64,000 nt of DNA from Bacteroidales bacterium (lineage in GTDB: Bacteria > Bacteroidota > Bacteroidia > Bacteroidales > UBA932). Position numbers and translations under genes: made by a program. Of the stretch, positions 8,559 through 16,540 are shown piece by piece (position 1 is the stretch's first letter; each line of letters starts with the position of its first letter). The stretch is from positions 36 through 64,035 of the forward strand of contig SUYR01000017.1 of NCBI GenBank assembly GCA_015060335.1, written 5' to 3'. Under the pieces are notes generated by a model, which made no database searches, had not been told where the DNA came from, and saw only the letters and a program-made list of their open reading frames with translations.

Positions 8559-11500
8559 TATTCTATATATATGACAGTTCTTGCCTCTCCTATGCGTGCC
8601 TGTTCTTCAGCCAGTCTTGCTGCCTGTCTCTTCTGCCTGCTGGAGAATATGTTCTTGAAGAATTGTTTCAGTGTGTTGAACTCGGTCTGGTATGTGACTC
8701 CGACTCCGTTCCTCTGTGAGTTGTCCAGATAATTGGTATATTGGTCAGCAGAATGGGAGAACAGATTCAGTCTGAACGAGCCGGACCTGTCGAGCTTGAT
8801 CTCTATCTCGATGTCTCCAACGACCTCATTCTGTGAATTTCCGCTCGAGTACTGTTTGTTTCCGATGTTTCCGTTGACCACGACTCTGTTGTTGAACAGC
8901 TGTGTGGATACTGCGACGTCGAATATATCGTTCCCCCTTTCGTTCGGCTGGTATTTCAAACCGAGGTCAAGAGGGATGTCCAGTTTCTGGAAGATATTGT
9001 TCAACTGATTGGCCATCAGCTCAGTTACGTTGTTATAAAGCGCGGACGTGTTGTTTACGATACCCGACTGCTCGTCAGGCAGGAAGTTATTTGAAATAAT
9101 CAGTGAAAGGAACTGTTTCTGTACCTTGTCTTCTGTACTCAGGGCACTTTCCACCCTTGACTTGATGGTAGGATCAAGATCAGGAATCTCGATTGAGAAA
9201 CTCAGCTGAGGGTTACTCAGCTTATCCTTTATGCTTATTCCGCAATCGACCACTCTTCGGTTTGCAACAGACGTCGTATCGGATATCAGGGTGGAGAGTG
9301 ATGCTTTTGTCCTATAGACGGCATCGATGTCCAGAGAACTGTCCATTATGTCTCCTGCAAATCTTATGGTGCTTCCTTGCTGGATGAGGAAGTCTCTGCT
9401 GACCAGTCCGATAGCGACGAATTTGTAGTTACCGCTATCCAGAGTGTAGTCTCCATTGATATTGAAGATGTCTTCGCTGGCTTCCAGTCTTATCTGACCG
9501 TTTCCTCTTCCGGACAGGACATTTCCGGAAGATTTGTCTATTTCTACGAAGGCTTCAGTATTCTGGTCGGCATTGACATTCAGTCTTACAAGGAAATCAT
9601 TCTCAGACTTGTCTTCGTCTGTTGTTCTTTGTACGAATATTTCGTACGGATCAATCTCCGTATAAGTATCCAGGTCTTTGAATTTCAACAGGTTTGTTCC
9701 TTTTGAAGAAGTCAGGGAACTGGTTATAGGTATATGGAGATTTCCTGATTTTCCGGTTGCTGCATCAATGTCCATCACAATCGACTGCAGTGGACCTGTT
9801 ATTGCGATGTCTCCGCTGCCGAATAGATGACCGTAGAATGTCTCGTTATCGTCTTCGCCCAGATTTATTGCCTCAATCTGGCTCACCTTGATGCGGGTGT
9901 CGAACTTAATGTCCCTGAAATGGTCGTAGTTGATGCTTCCGTTTACTGTTCCTATTCCGTCAAACCGGTCACTGACGGCTATGTTGTCAAAGTAAACTCC
10001 CGTTTCATCTAAATGGAACGGACCGTTGACCTTGTATGGTACGCCAGTATATCCTATCTTGAGTGTAACATCTTCCAGTCTTGTCGAATTGCTTCGGATC
10101 TTCAGCATGTCAAAAGGACCACCGAGTTCAATGTCTCCGTAAAGGTTTCCGTGCATTTCGCTGAATATATCCTTTAGAAACGGCTGGGCATATCCTACAT
10201 CGAAACTATTGAACTCAGCTGCTGCGTACAGTTGCTTTGATTTGGGATATAGGTTGCCAGAAATATCGAGACTCTTTTTGTCCTGCAGGTGGTTGTATGT
10301 CTGAAAATCAAACCGCTCAGCCTCTTCATTCCATTTCATTGCGAGCTTGAGCTCTCCCATCGGAATATTTGCTACATAAGATGAGTCACATAGTATGTCA
10401 ACCGATATGGCCCTGTCGCTTATCGGTGATGCAAGGCTCGCTGTACCTGTGACGGCTCCTTTGATACCGAAATCCTTCGGAAGAAGAGAGTTGATTATTG
10501 AGAGGTCGAAACGTTCCAGATTCAATGAAAGTATGTCACCCTGATAGTCGGATGCCCGTCCGTGCAGGCTGATGGATTGCTCTCCAGATATAGCTCCGAA
10601 TGAATCAATACTTATATCGTTGTCCTGAATCCTTATTCCTGATGGCTGTATATTCCATTCCTTTGAATTATAGTGGAGCGATGACGGCATGATCCTGATG
10701 TCAAATATCCTGCTGTCATCCTCTCTTGATACATTGCTGTTTACGATGAATTCTCCCTTTGTTTCGCTGTCGCTATGGTTGTCGAATGAGAAACCTGCTC
10801 CGATATGGTTGTCGTTGGCATGGATCTGCAGCAGATTGTCATTCATCACTATGCTTGCAGCGGAAATTTCATTGCAGGTGGCGATTCCGTTGAGAGCATT
10901 GCCTGCATTGTCGACTTTCAGTGAGAATCCCTTGATGTAATTTTTCTTGAATGCAAATCTTCCGGAAGAAAGATCAGCCTTGAAATCTCCTTTGGAGTCA
11001 ATGGTGGCAGAGAGTGATGTCCCGTTTTCAATGTACAGACCGGGAACTGCGAATGAAAGTATGTTCTGGATGTCATGGCATATGAAATCCAGTTCGTAGG
11101 TATTACCGCTCCATGTGTATCCGGAATCTGCAGTAAGAGCCGGGATTTCCCTGTCTATTGTCACACCTTTCAGGTCATTGATGAAGTCTCCGAGAGATGC
11201 GGAACCGGAATATGTTCCTTTTGCAAACTTGGAATTCAGGCGTGCAGTATACTTGTTGTCGGCACTATTGGATGTAAATATTACGTCTCCCACTTCATAA
11301 CGTCCACCCTTGTTCTCCAACATTATGTCTCCTATGTCTATCCTTCCAAGCAGGTTCCCCTTGCCGGTTCTTGTGAAATTGGCGTTTGTTCTCAACTGTA
11401 CGATCGATTCCCCACGTCTGTCTATGTTGATTGCATGCAGATCTGCATAGCCGACACTTGCATTGAACTTATACACAGTGTTGCGGGACTTCTCTGATTT

Positions 11501-13123
11501 TGCGTACCCTCCCTGAAATATGAAGTTCAGGTTAGGGTCCTTGCTTATGACAGTACCGTTCATTGACAGACCGTCGTATCGGCCTCTTGCCTGAATGTCG
11601 CTGTAATTGTATCCCTTGAAATTAAGCCTGTCTATTCTCAATGAATCGAGATCCACTTCAATCTGTCCCTTCAGACTGGCAGAAAGTCCGGTACTTATAG
11701 ATACAGGGCCGACAATGTCATTGCCCAGCATTCTTCCAATGTCGAGGTCTTTAGTCATGATATGGCCGGAAAGTACAATCGGCTTATCTTCGCTTATTAT
11801 TTCGTCCAGTCGGACTGTTGCAAGTACGTCTCCTGCATCAGAGACAAGAGAAGCCTGAGTGTCAAGGTTGTTGAGCAGACCTCTTGCAGTGGCGTCGGCT
11901 GTAAATGTTACTCCTTTGCCTATTTTACTGAAATCCAGATCTTTCCCCCTTGTCCACTCGCTTACGAAGCGTCCGAGCCCTTCTGCTGTTATCTGCATCT
12001 TGCTGACGCTGGCGTCAATCCTCATGTTCTCTACATCCGGGACGCCTGTCATCCTTCCGTTTACGGTTCCTTTGAATCCGCCATCATGTGAGTCGATGAC
12101 TATATTCTTGACAACGAAATCGTTTATATATCCGGACATTGTTCCAGATATGGTGGCTTTCAGTTCATTGCCTTTCAGTTGCGGTGCAAAATATACGATG
12201 GTCCTGAAGTCCAATATGCTTGTTGCGATTTCGCCGTCAAGTTTCACAAGTGCAATGAAATCTTCGAAAGACTTGACATCGGCATAACTCATCATGAAGA
12301 CCGGCAGCTTCAGGTCTGACCATTCATCATGGATTTCAAGGTCTTCTATGATAGTCTTTCCTCTGCCGACTCTGGTGCTGCCGGACATCTGGTGTACTGT
12401 AAATCCTGTCTTTTCCCTGAATGAAAGGGCTTCTGCTGTACCGTACATGATGCCGTCCTCGAATCTCAGACCTTTGGCTGTAAGGTTTATGTCCTTGATG
12501 TCCAGGTCATTCCAGTTGATTTCACCGTGATAATCCACTTTGTCGCTGCTTCTGTTGATCAGCGCAAATCCCATATCCCGGATCTCGATGTCCCTGATGT
12601 TGAATATCTCTTCAGCTTTCGGCTCCGGGCGTTCCCTGTCTTTCTCAATCCTGAAGATTCTCGACAGGTTGTTCTGTTTGTCACCCTTCACAGGTACTGC
12701 AAAATCCTCCAGCACAAGATTCATCTGAGCATTGCCCACATAGACCCGGTCTATCTTTATGCTTTCCTTGTCCAATAATCCGTCAAGAGAAATTTTGGCA
12801 ATGATATATTCGGCCCTGAAGAAGGTGTCTATCTGTGGTGCCGATGGGTCTATTGCGTCAGAAGCAGGATTCTTGTCGATTATGACAGTATTCTTCAGGA
12901 CGAGGGTGGTAAACGGCTTGAAGTGGATCTTCTCGAATGTTATGTTGCCGTCAAGCTTTTCGGACAGAGTATGGACCACCTTGTCGGCAACGGCAGTCTG
13001 TACCTGCGGGAGCTGTATGATCAATGCTCCTGCAATTATGACTGATACTGCTGCGACGAATGCAAGCCAGAATATTTTAAGTACCCTTCTGATAATATGC
13101 CTTTTTAATGGTCCAATTTGCAA
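8558..13123 (-). CDS. tamB: Translocation/assembly module TamB-family protein
   Basis: 1521 aa with an N-terminal anchor (IQLPQVQT), beta-rich body and DUF490-like C-terminus (STQLFNNRVVVNGN, GVGVTYQTEF). Divergent from tsaD. Start uncertain. Confidence 0.85.
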   Translation of the reverse strand: MQIGPLKRHIIRRVLKIFWLAFVAAVSVIIAGALIIQLPQVQTAVADKVVHTLSEKLDGNITFEKIHFKPFTTLVLKNTVIIDKNPASDAIDPSAPQIDTFFRAEYIIAKISLDGLLDKESIKIDRVYVGNAQMNLVLEDFAVPVKGDKQNNLSRIFRIEKDRERPEPKAEEIFNIRDIEIRDMGFALINRSSDKVDYHGEINWNDLDIKDINLTAKGLRFEDGIMYGTAEALSFREKTGFTVHQMSGSTRVGRGKTIIEDLEIHDEWSDLKLPVFMMSYADVKSFEDFIALVKLDGEIATSILDFRTIVYFAPQLKGNELKATISGTMSGYINDFVVKNIVIDSHDGGFKGTVNGRMTGVPDVENMRIDASVSKMQITAEGLGRFVSEWTRGKDLDFSKIGKGVTFTADATARGLLNNLDTQASLVSDAGDVLATVRLDEIISEDKPIVLSGHIMTKDLDIGRMLGNDIVGPVSISTGLSASLKGQIEVDLDSLRIDRLNFKGYNYSDIQARGRYDGLSMNGTVISKDPNLNFIFQGGYAKSEKSRNTVYKFNASVGYADLHAINIDRRGESIVQLRTNANFTRTGKGNLLGRIDIGDIMLENKGGRYEVGDVIFTSNSADNKYTARLNSKFAKGTYSGSASLGDFINDLKGVTIDREIPALTADSGYTWSGNTYELDFICHDIQNILSFAVPGLYIENGTSLSATIDSKGDFKADLSSGRFAFKKNYIKGFSLKVDNAGNALNGIATCNEISAASIVMNDNLLQIHANDNHIGAGFSFDNHSDSETKGEFIVNSNVSREDDSRIFDIRIMPSSLHYNSKEWNIQPSGIRIQDNDISIDSFGAISGEQSISLHGRASDYQGDILSLNLERFDLSIINSLLPKDFGIKGAVTGTASLASPISDRAISVDILCDSSYVANIPMGELKLAMKWNEEAERFDFQTYNHLQDKKSLDISGNLYPKSKQLYAAAEFNSFDVGYAQPFLKDIFSEMHGNLYGDIELGGPFDMLKIRSNSTRLEDVTLKIGYTGVPYKVNGPFHLDETGVYFDNIAVSDRFDGIGTVNGSINYDHFRDIKFDTRIKVSQIEAINLGEDDNETFYGHLFGSGDIAITGPLQSIVMDIDAATGKSGNLHIPITSSLTSSKGTNLLKFKDLDTYTEIDPYEIFVQRTTDEDKSENDFLVRLNVNADQNTEAFVEIDKSSGNVLSGRGNGQIRLEASEDIFNINGDYTLDSGNYKFVAIGLVSRDFLIQQGSTIRFAGDIMDSSLDIDAVYRTKASLSTLISDTTSVANRRVVDCGISIKDKLSNPQLSFSIEIPDLDPTIKSRVESALSTEDKVQKQFLSLIISNNFLPDEQSGIVNNTSALYNNVTELMANQLNNIFQKLDIPLDLGLKYQPNERGNDIFDVAVSTQLFNNRVVVNGNIGNKQYSSGNSQNEVVGDIEIEIKLDRSGSFRLNLFSHSADQYTNYLDNSQRNGVGVTYQTEFNTLKQFFKNIFSSRQKRQAARLAEEQARIGEARTVIYIE

Positions 13124-13171
13124 AAATAATAAAATTATCGGAAATTTGCAGCCGTTAATTATTACATAATT

Positions 13172-14194
13172 ATGCCAGAAATTATACTTGGAATCGAGTC
13201 TTCATGTGATGACACATCTGCTGCGGTGATCAGAGACGGTTACCTGCTTTCAAATGTCCTTGCAAGTCAGGATGTTCATAAGTCATATGGCGGAGTCATA
13301 CCGGAGCTCGCTTCCCGTGCACATCAGATAAATATTGTTCCAGTGGTCAGTGAGGCGATAACAAGAGCCGGCATTACACCTGACCAGATTACTGCAATAG
13401 CTTTTACCCGTGGCCCGGGTCTTCTTGGCTCGTTGCTTGTCGGTACATCCTTTGCCAAGGGATTGTCTCTTGCCATTGACAGGCCGCTTGTGGAAGTGAA
13501 TCATCTTCAAGGACATATACTTGCCAATTTCATAAAGCAGGAAGGTGCTGAAAACCGCCAGCCGGAGTTCCCGTATCTCTGTCTGCTTGTGTCGGGAGGA
13601 AATTCCCAGATAGTACGCGTGAACAGCCCTCTTGAGTATGAGATACTTGGCCAGACAATTGATGACGCAGTGGGAGAGGCATTTGACAAATGCGCTAAAA
13701 TGATGGGACTGGGCTATCCTGGAGGTCCCGTGGTTGACAGGCTTGCCAAAGAAGGTGATCCGCTCCGATTCAAATTCTCCAAGCCTCATCTTCCGGGATA
13801 TGATTACAGTTTCAGCGGTATAAAGACTTCGTTGCTGTATTTTGTCAGGGACCAGATTGCTCTTGATCCGGACTTTATGGAAAAGAACAAGGCGGACATA
13901 TGTGCGAGTTTCCAGAAGGCTCTGATAGATATTCTTATGGACAAGCTTATCAAGGCGGCAAAGGATACCGGTATCCGTCAGATTACCATAGGTGGTGGCG
14001 TATCTGCAAACAGCGGATTGCGCAATCGTATTGAAGAGGAAGGCCGCAGGAGGGGATGGACCACATTCCTTCCGGAATTCAAGTTCACCACAGACAATGC
14101 TGCTATGATTGCCATTGCAGGATGGTTTCATTTCCGCAATGGGGAACGCACATCCATTGATGTCGCTCCTGTATCGCGTTTAGCAGAATTTTAG
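13172..14194 (+). CDS. tsaD: tRNA threonylcarbamoyltransferase TsaD
   Basis: LGIESSCDDT, PELASRAH, HLQGH, DDAVGEAFDK, TDNAAMI. Confidence 0.97.
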   Translation: MPEIILGIESSCDDTSAAVIRDGYLLSNVLASQDVHKSYGGVIPELASRAHQINIVPVVSEAITRAGITPDQITAIAFTRGPGLLGSLLVGTSFAKGLSLAIDRPLVEVNHLQGHILANFIKQEGAENRQPEFPYLCLLVSGGNSQIVRVNSPLEYEILGQTIDDAVGEAFDKCAKMMGLGYPGGPVVDRLAKEGDPLRFKFSKPHLPGYDYSFSGIKTSLLYFVRDQIALDPDFMEKNKADICASFQKALIDILMDKLIKAAKDTGIRQITIGGGVSANSGLRNRIEEEGRRRGWTTFLPEFKFTTDNAAMIAIAGWFHFRNGERTSIDVAPVSRLAEF

Positions 14195-14229
14195 TTCCAA
14201 AAGTCACCCCCCCCGAATGTCAATTGATC

Positions 14230-15780
14230 ATGAAAGAAATAGAAATAACCACAAGACTCGGAAATGAACTTTCAGCAGACGAAATCCAGACAGCTGCAGT
14301 AAAGGCTCTCGGTGTGTCTCCGAAGATGAAATCTCAGCTTAAATACCGTATTCTCCGCAGATCTATAGATGCGCGTAACGATATTCTTTACCGTTATAAA
14401 GTTGAGGTTGCCAAACCGGATGAGGTACTTCAGGATTACGTTCTGGATGAGTACATGGATGTAAATGATGCTGAGCCTGTCATTATTGTAGGTGCCGGTC
14501 CTGCCGGAATGTTTGCAGCCCTCAAGCTGCTTATGAGAGGTTTCAAGCCTGTAATTCTCGAAAGAGGCAAGGATGTCCATGCCAGAAAATTCGATATGGC
14601 CAAGCTTTCACGCGAAGGCGTAGTGAATCCGGATTCCAACTATTGTTTCGGAGAGGGTGGCGCTGGTACATTCTCGGACGGAAAACTTTATACCCGTTCC
14701 TCCAAAAGAGGTGATATCCGCGAGGTATTGCACCAGCTGGTGCGTTTTGGTGCCGATCCGTCCATACTCATTGATTCGCATCCACATATCGGAAGCGACA
14801 GACTCCCGATAGTCGTTGAGAATATAAGGGAATGCATTATCGGACATGGTGGCGAGTATCATTTCGATTCGCGTGTTACGGATATCGTGAAGAGAGGTGA
14901 CGGCTCGTTTGACGTAACTGCCATGTCGAGCGTATCAGAGACATCTACAACCTATAACTCCCGTAAGGTAATCCTTGCGACAGGTCACTCAGCCCGCGAT
15001 ATTTATGAACTGTTTGACAGGAAAGGGTGGGAAATCCAGGCAAAGGGCTTTGCTCTCGGAGTACGTGTAGAGCATCCCCAGTCACTGATCAACAAGATCC
15101 AGTATCACGGCAAATATCAACCATATATGCCTACTGCAGAGTATTCTTTCGTCACTCAGATAGAAGGAAGGGGAGTGTTCTCCTTCTGCATGTGTCCTGG
15201 AGGAATTCTTGTGCCGGCGGCTACAGCGTCCGGAGAACTTGTTCTCAACGGAATGTCTAATTCACAGAGGAATTCAAAATGGGCAAATGCTGGTGTTGTA
15301 GTGCAGATAGAACCGGAAGACTTCCCGGAATATGCTCAGCATGGCCCGCTGGCTCTTCTTCAGTTCCAGAAGGATGTGGAAAGGAAGATGTTCGAATTTA
15401 CAGGGTCACTCAAGGCTCCGGCTCAGAGAATGATGGATTTCTGTCGCAGGATACCTTCGACAGGTCTTCCTCAGACATCTTATCATCCTGGAGCTGAGAA
15501 TGCACCTCTCCATGAACTGCTCCCTGAACATGTCTCATTGAGACTGAAATATGCATTTCCGCAGATAGGTAACAAGAAGATGCACGGGTATTACACTAAT
15601 GATGCCCTTCTGCTTGGTGTGGAGTCACGTACATCTTCTCCAGTGCGTATCCCGAGGGATCCTGAAACGCTGGAGCATGTGCAGGTGACCGGTCTGTATC
15701 CATGTGGTGAAGGTGCCGGGTATGCTGGAGGTATTGTCTCCTCTGCGCTGGACGGCATAAACTGCGCAGCAAAGATATAG
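14230..15780 (+). CDS. FAD-dependent oxidoreductase (uncharacterised conserved family)
   Basis: VGAGPAG, FGEGGAGTFSDGKL, FCMCPGG, GEGAGYAGGIVSSALDG. Confidence 0.88.
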   Translation: MKEIEITTRLGNELSADEIQTAAVKALGVSPKMKSQLKYRILRRSIDARNDILYRYKVEVAKPDEVLQDYVLDEYMDVNDAEPVIIVGAGPAGMFAALKLLMRGFKPVILERGKDVHARKFDMAKLSREGVVNPDSNYCFGEGGAGTFSDGKLYTRSSKRGDIREVLHQLVRFGADPSILIDSHPHIGSDRLPIVVENIRECIIGHGGEYHFDSRVTDIVKRGDGSFDVTAMSSVSETSTTYNSRKVILATGHSARDIYELFDRKGWEIQAKGFALGVRVEHPQSLINKIQYHGKYQPYMPTAEYSFVTQIEGRGVFSFCMCPGGILVPAATASGELVLNGMSNSQRNSKWANAGVVVQIEPEDFPEYAQHGPLALLQFQKDVERKMFEFTGSLKAPAQRMMDFCRRIPSTGLPQTSYHPGAENAPLHELLPEHVSLRLKYAFPQIGNKKMHGYYTNDALLLGVESRTSSPVRIPRDPETLEHVQVTGLYPCGEGAGYAGGIVSSALDGINCAAKI

Positions 15781-15791
15781 ATACAAAAAAA

Positions 15792-15890
15792 GGGTAAGCT
15801 GGTTACATCGCACCGCTACGACCTCCTACCCTTGCTACGGTCAAGTCCTGGGGGAATTCAGAGGGAGCTGGTCGTGTAAGACTTACCCGG
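15792..15890 (-). ncRNA. ffs: Signal recognition particle RNA (4.5S)
   Basis: About 100-nt rod closed by GGGTAAG/CTTACCC with domain IV CCCAGG...AGCAAGGG. TATATTTG box directly upstream and a T-run downstream. Confidence 0.88.
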
Positions 15891-15893
15891 GTG

Positions 15894-15901
15894 CAAATAT
15901 A
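15894..15901 (-). promoter_or_regulatory. Bacteroidota -7 promoter box for ffs
   Basis: TATATTTG on the - strand a few nt before the RNA 5' end. Confidence 0.7.
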
Positions 15902-15938
15902 CGGCGAAAAATTGTTTTTGCAAAATTTAGAGTGAATT

Positions 15939-16286
15939 ATGATAATTAAGTTCGATCACACAAACCATACTGTCCTGCCTGAGTTCAAGGGAGGAGAGAA
16001 GGAATTTTCTGCTCATATGTTCTTTGACGGCACCAACCGCATATTCAAGGGAATCCTTGTTCCAGGGGCATCTGTCGGGGTGCACAAGCACGAAGGAAAC
16101 TGCGAGATGATATTCATTCTCAGCGGCAGGGGCACACTGTTGGAGCAGGCTCCTGACTCCGACCCTGAATATTCTGCAGTCAGCTCCGGGGACTGTCTGT
16201 ATTGTCCGGAAGGCCATACGCACAGTCTGAAGAATACTGATGCCGAGGAGGATCTGGTATTCTATGCTGTCGTTCCGAAACAGTAG
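15939..16286 (+). CDS. Cupin-domain protein
   Basis: H-x-H-x4-E (HKHEGNCE) and PEGHTHSLKN motifs. Confidence 0.88.
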   Translation: MIIKFDHTNHTVLPEFKGGEKEFSAHMFFDGTNRIFKGILVPGASVGVHKHEGNCEMIFILSGRGTLLEQAPDSDPEYSAVSSGDCLYCPEGHTHSLKNTDAEEDLVFYAVVPKQ

Positions 16287-16287
16287 T

Positions 16288-16467
16288 TTACCAGAAACGG
16301 TTGTTTTTCCGACTATATTCGTATCCTGCCTCTTTGAGGGAGGTCTCAATCTCATTTCTGTCCAGTCCCATGTCTTCGCACAAAGCGTCAAGTGATGGGT
16401 AGAAGTCCCGTAGTTTCATGTTGATGAAACTCATCAGCATTATCGGGTCTTTAGGTAGTGTATCCAT
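16288..16467 (-). CDS. DUF4250-family small protein (59 aa; absent from the ORF track)
   Basis: Manual translation MDTLPKDPIMLMSFINMKLRDFYPSLDALCEDMGLDRNEIETSLKEAGYEYSRKNNRFW*, matching the LP-x-DP-x-ML-x-S-x-IN-x-KLRD pattern. Confidence 0.85.
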   Translation of the reverse strand: MDTLPKDPIMLMSFINMKLRDFYPSLDALCEDMGLDRNEIETSLKEAGYEYSRKNNRFW

Positions 16468-16540
16468 AATATCTCATAATGATCTGCAAAGATAATTGAA
16501 AAGTTTTTTATTTTTGCCGGTGGAATAATCTGATTTACAT

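Noticed and set aside
13283-14131. 282-aa ORF on the - strand
   Set aside because: Antisense shadow of tsaD with no recognisable motifs.
14207-14214. C8 tract upstream of the FAD oxidoreductase as a phase-variation switch
   Set aside because: It is short and intergenic, not clearly within a promoter spacer, and a single sequence gives no evidence of length variation.
15927-16391. 154-aa ORF on the - strand
   Set aside because: It overlaps the cupin gene in antisense and the DUF4250 gene in another frame, both of which are better supported.
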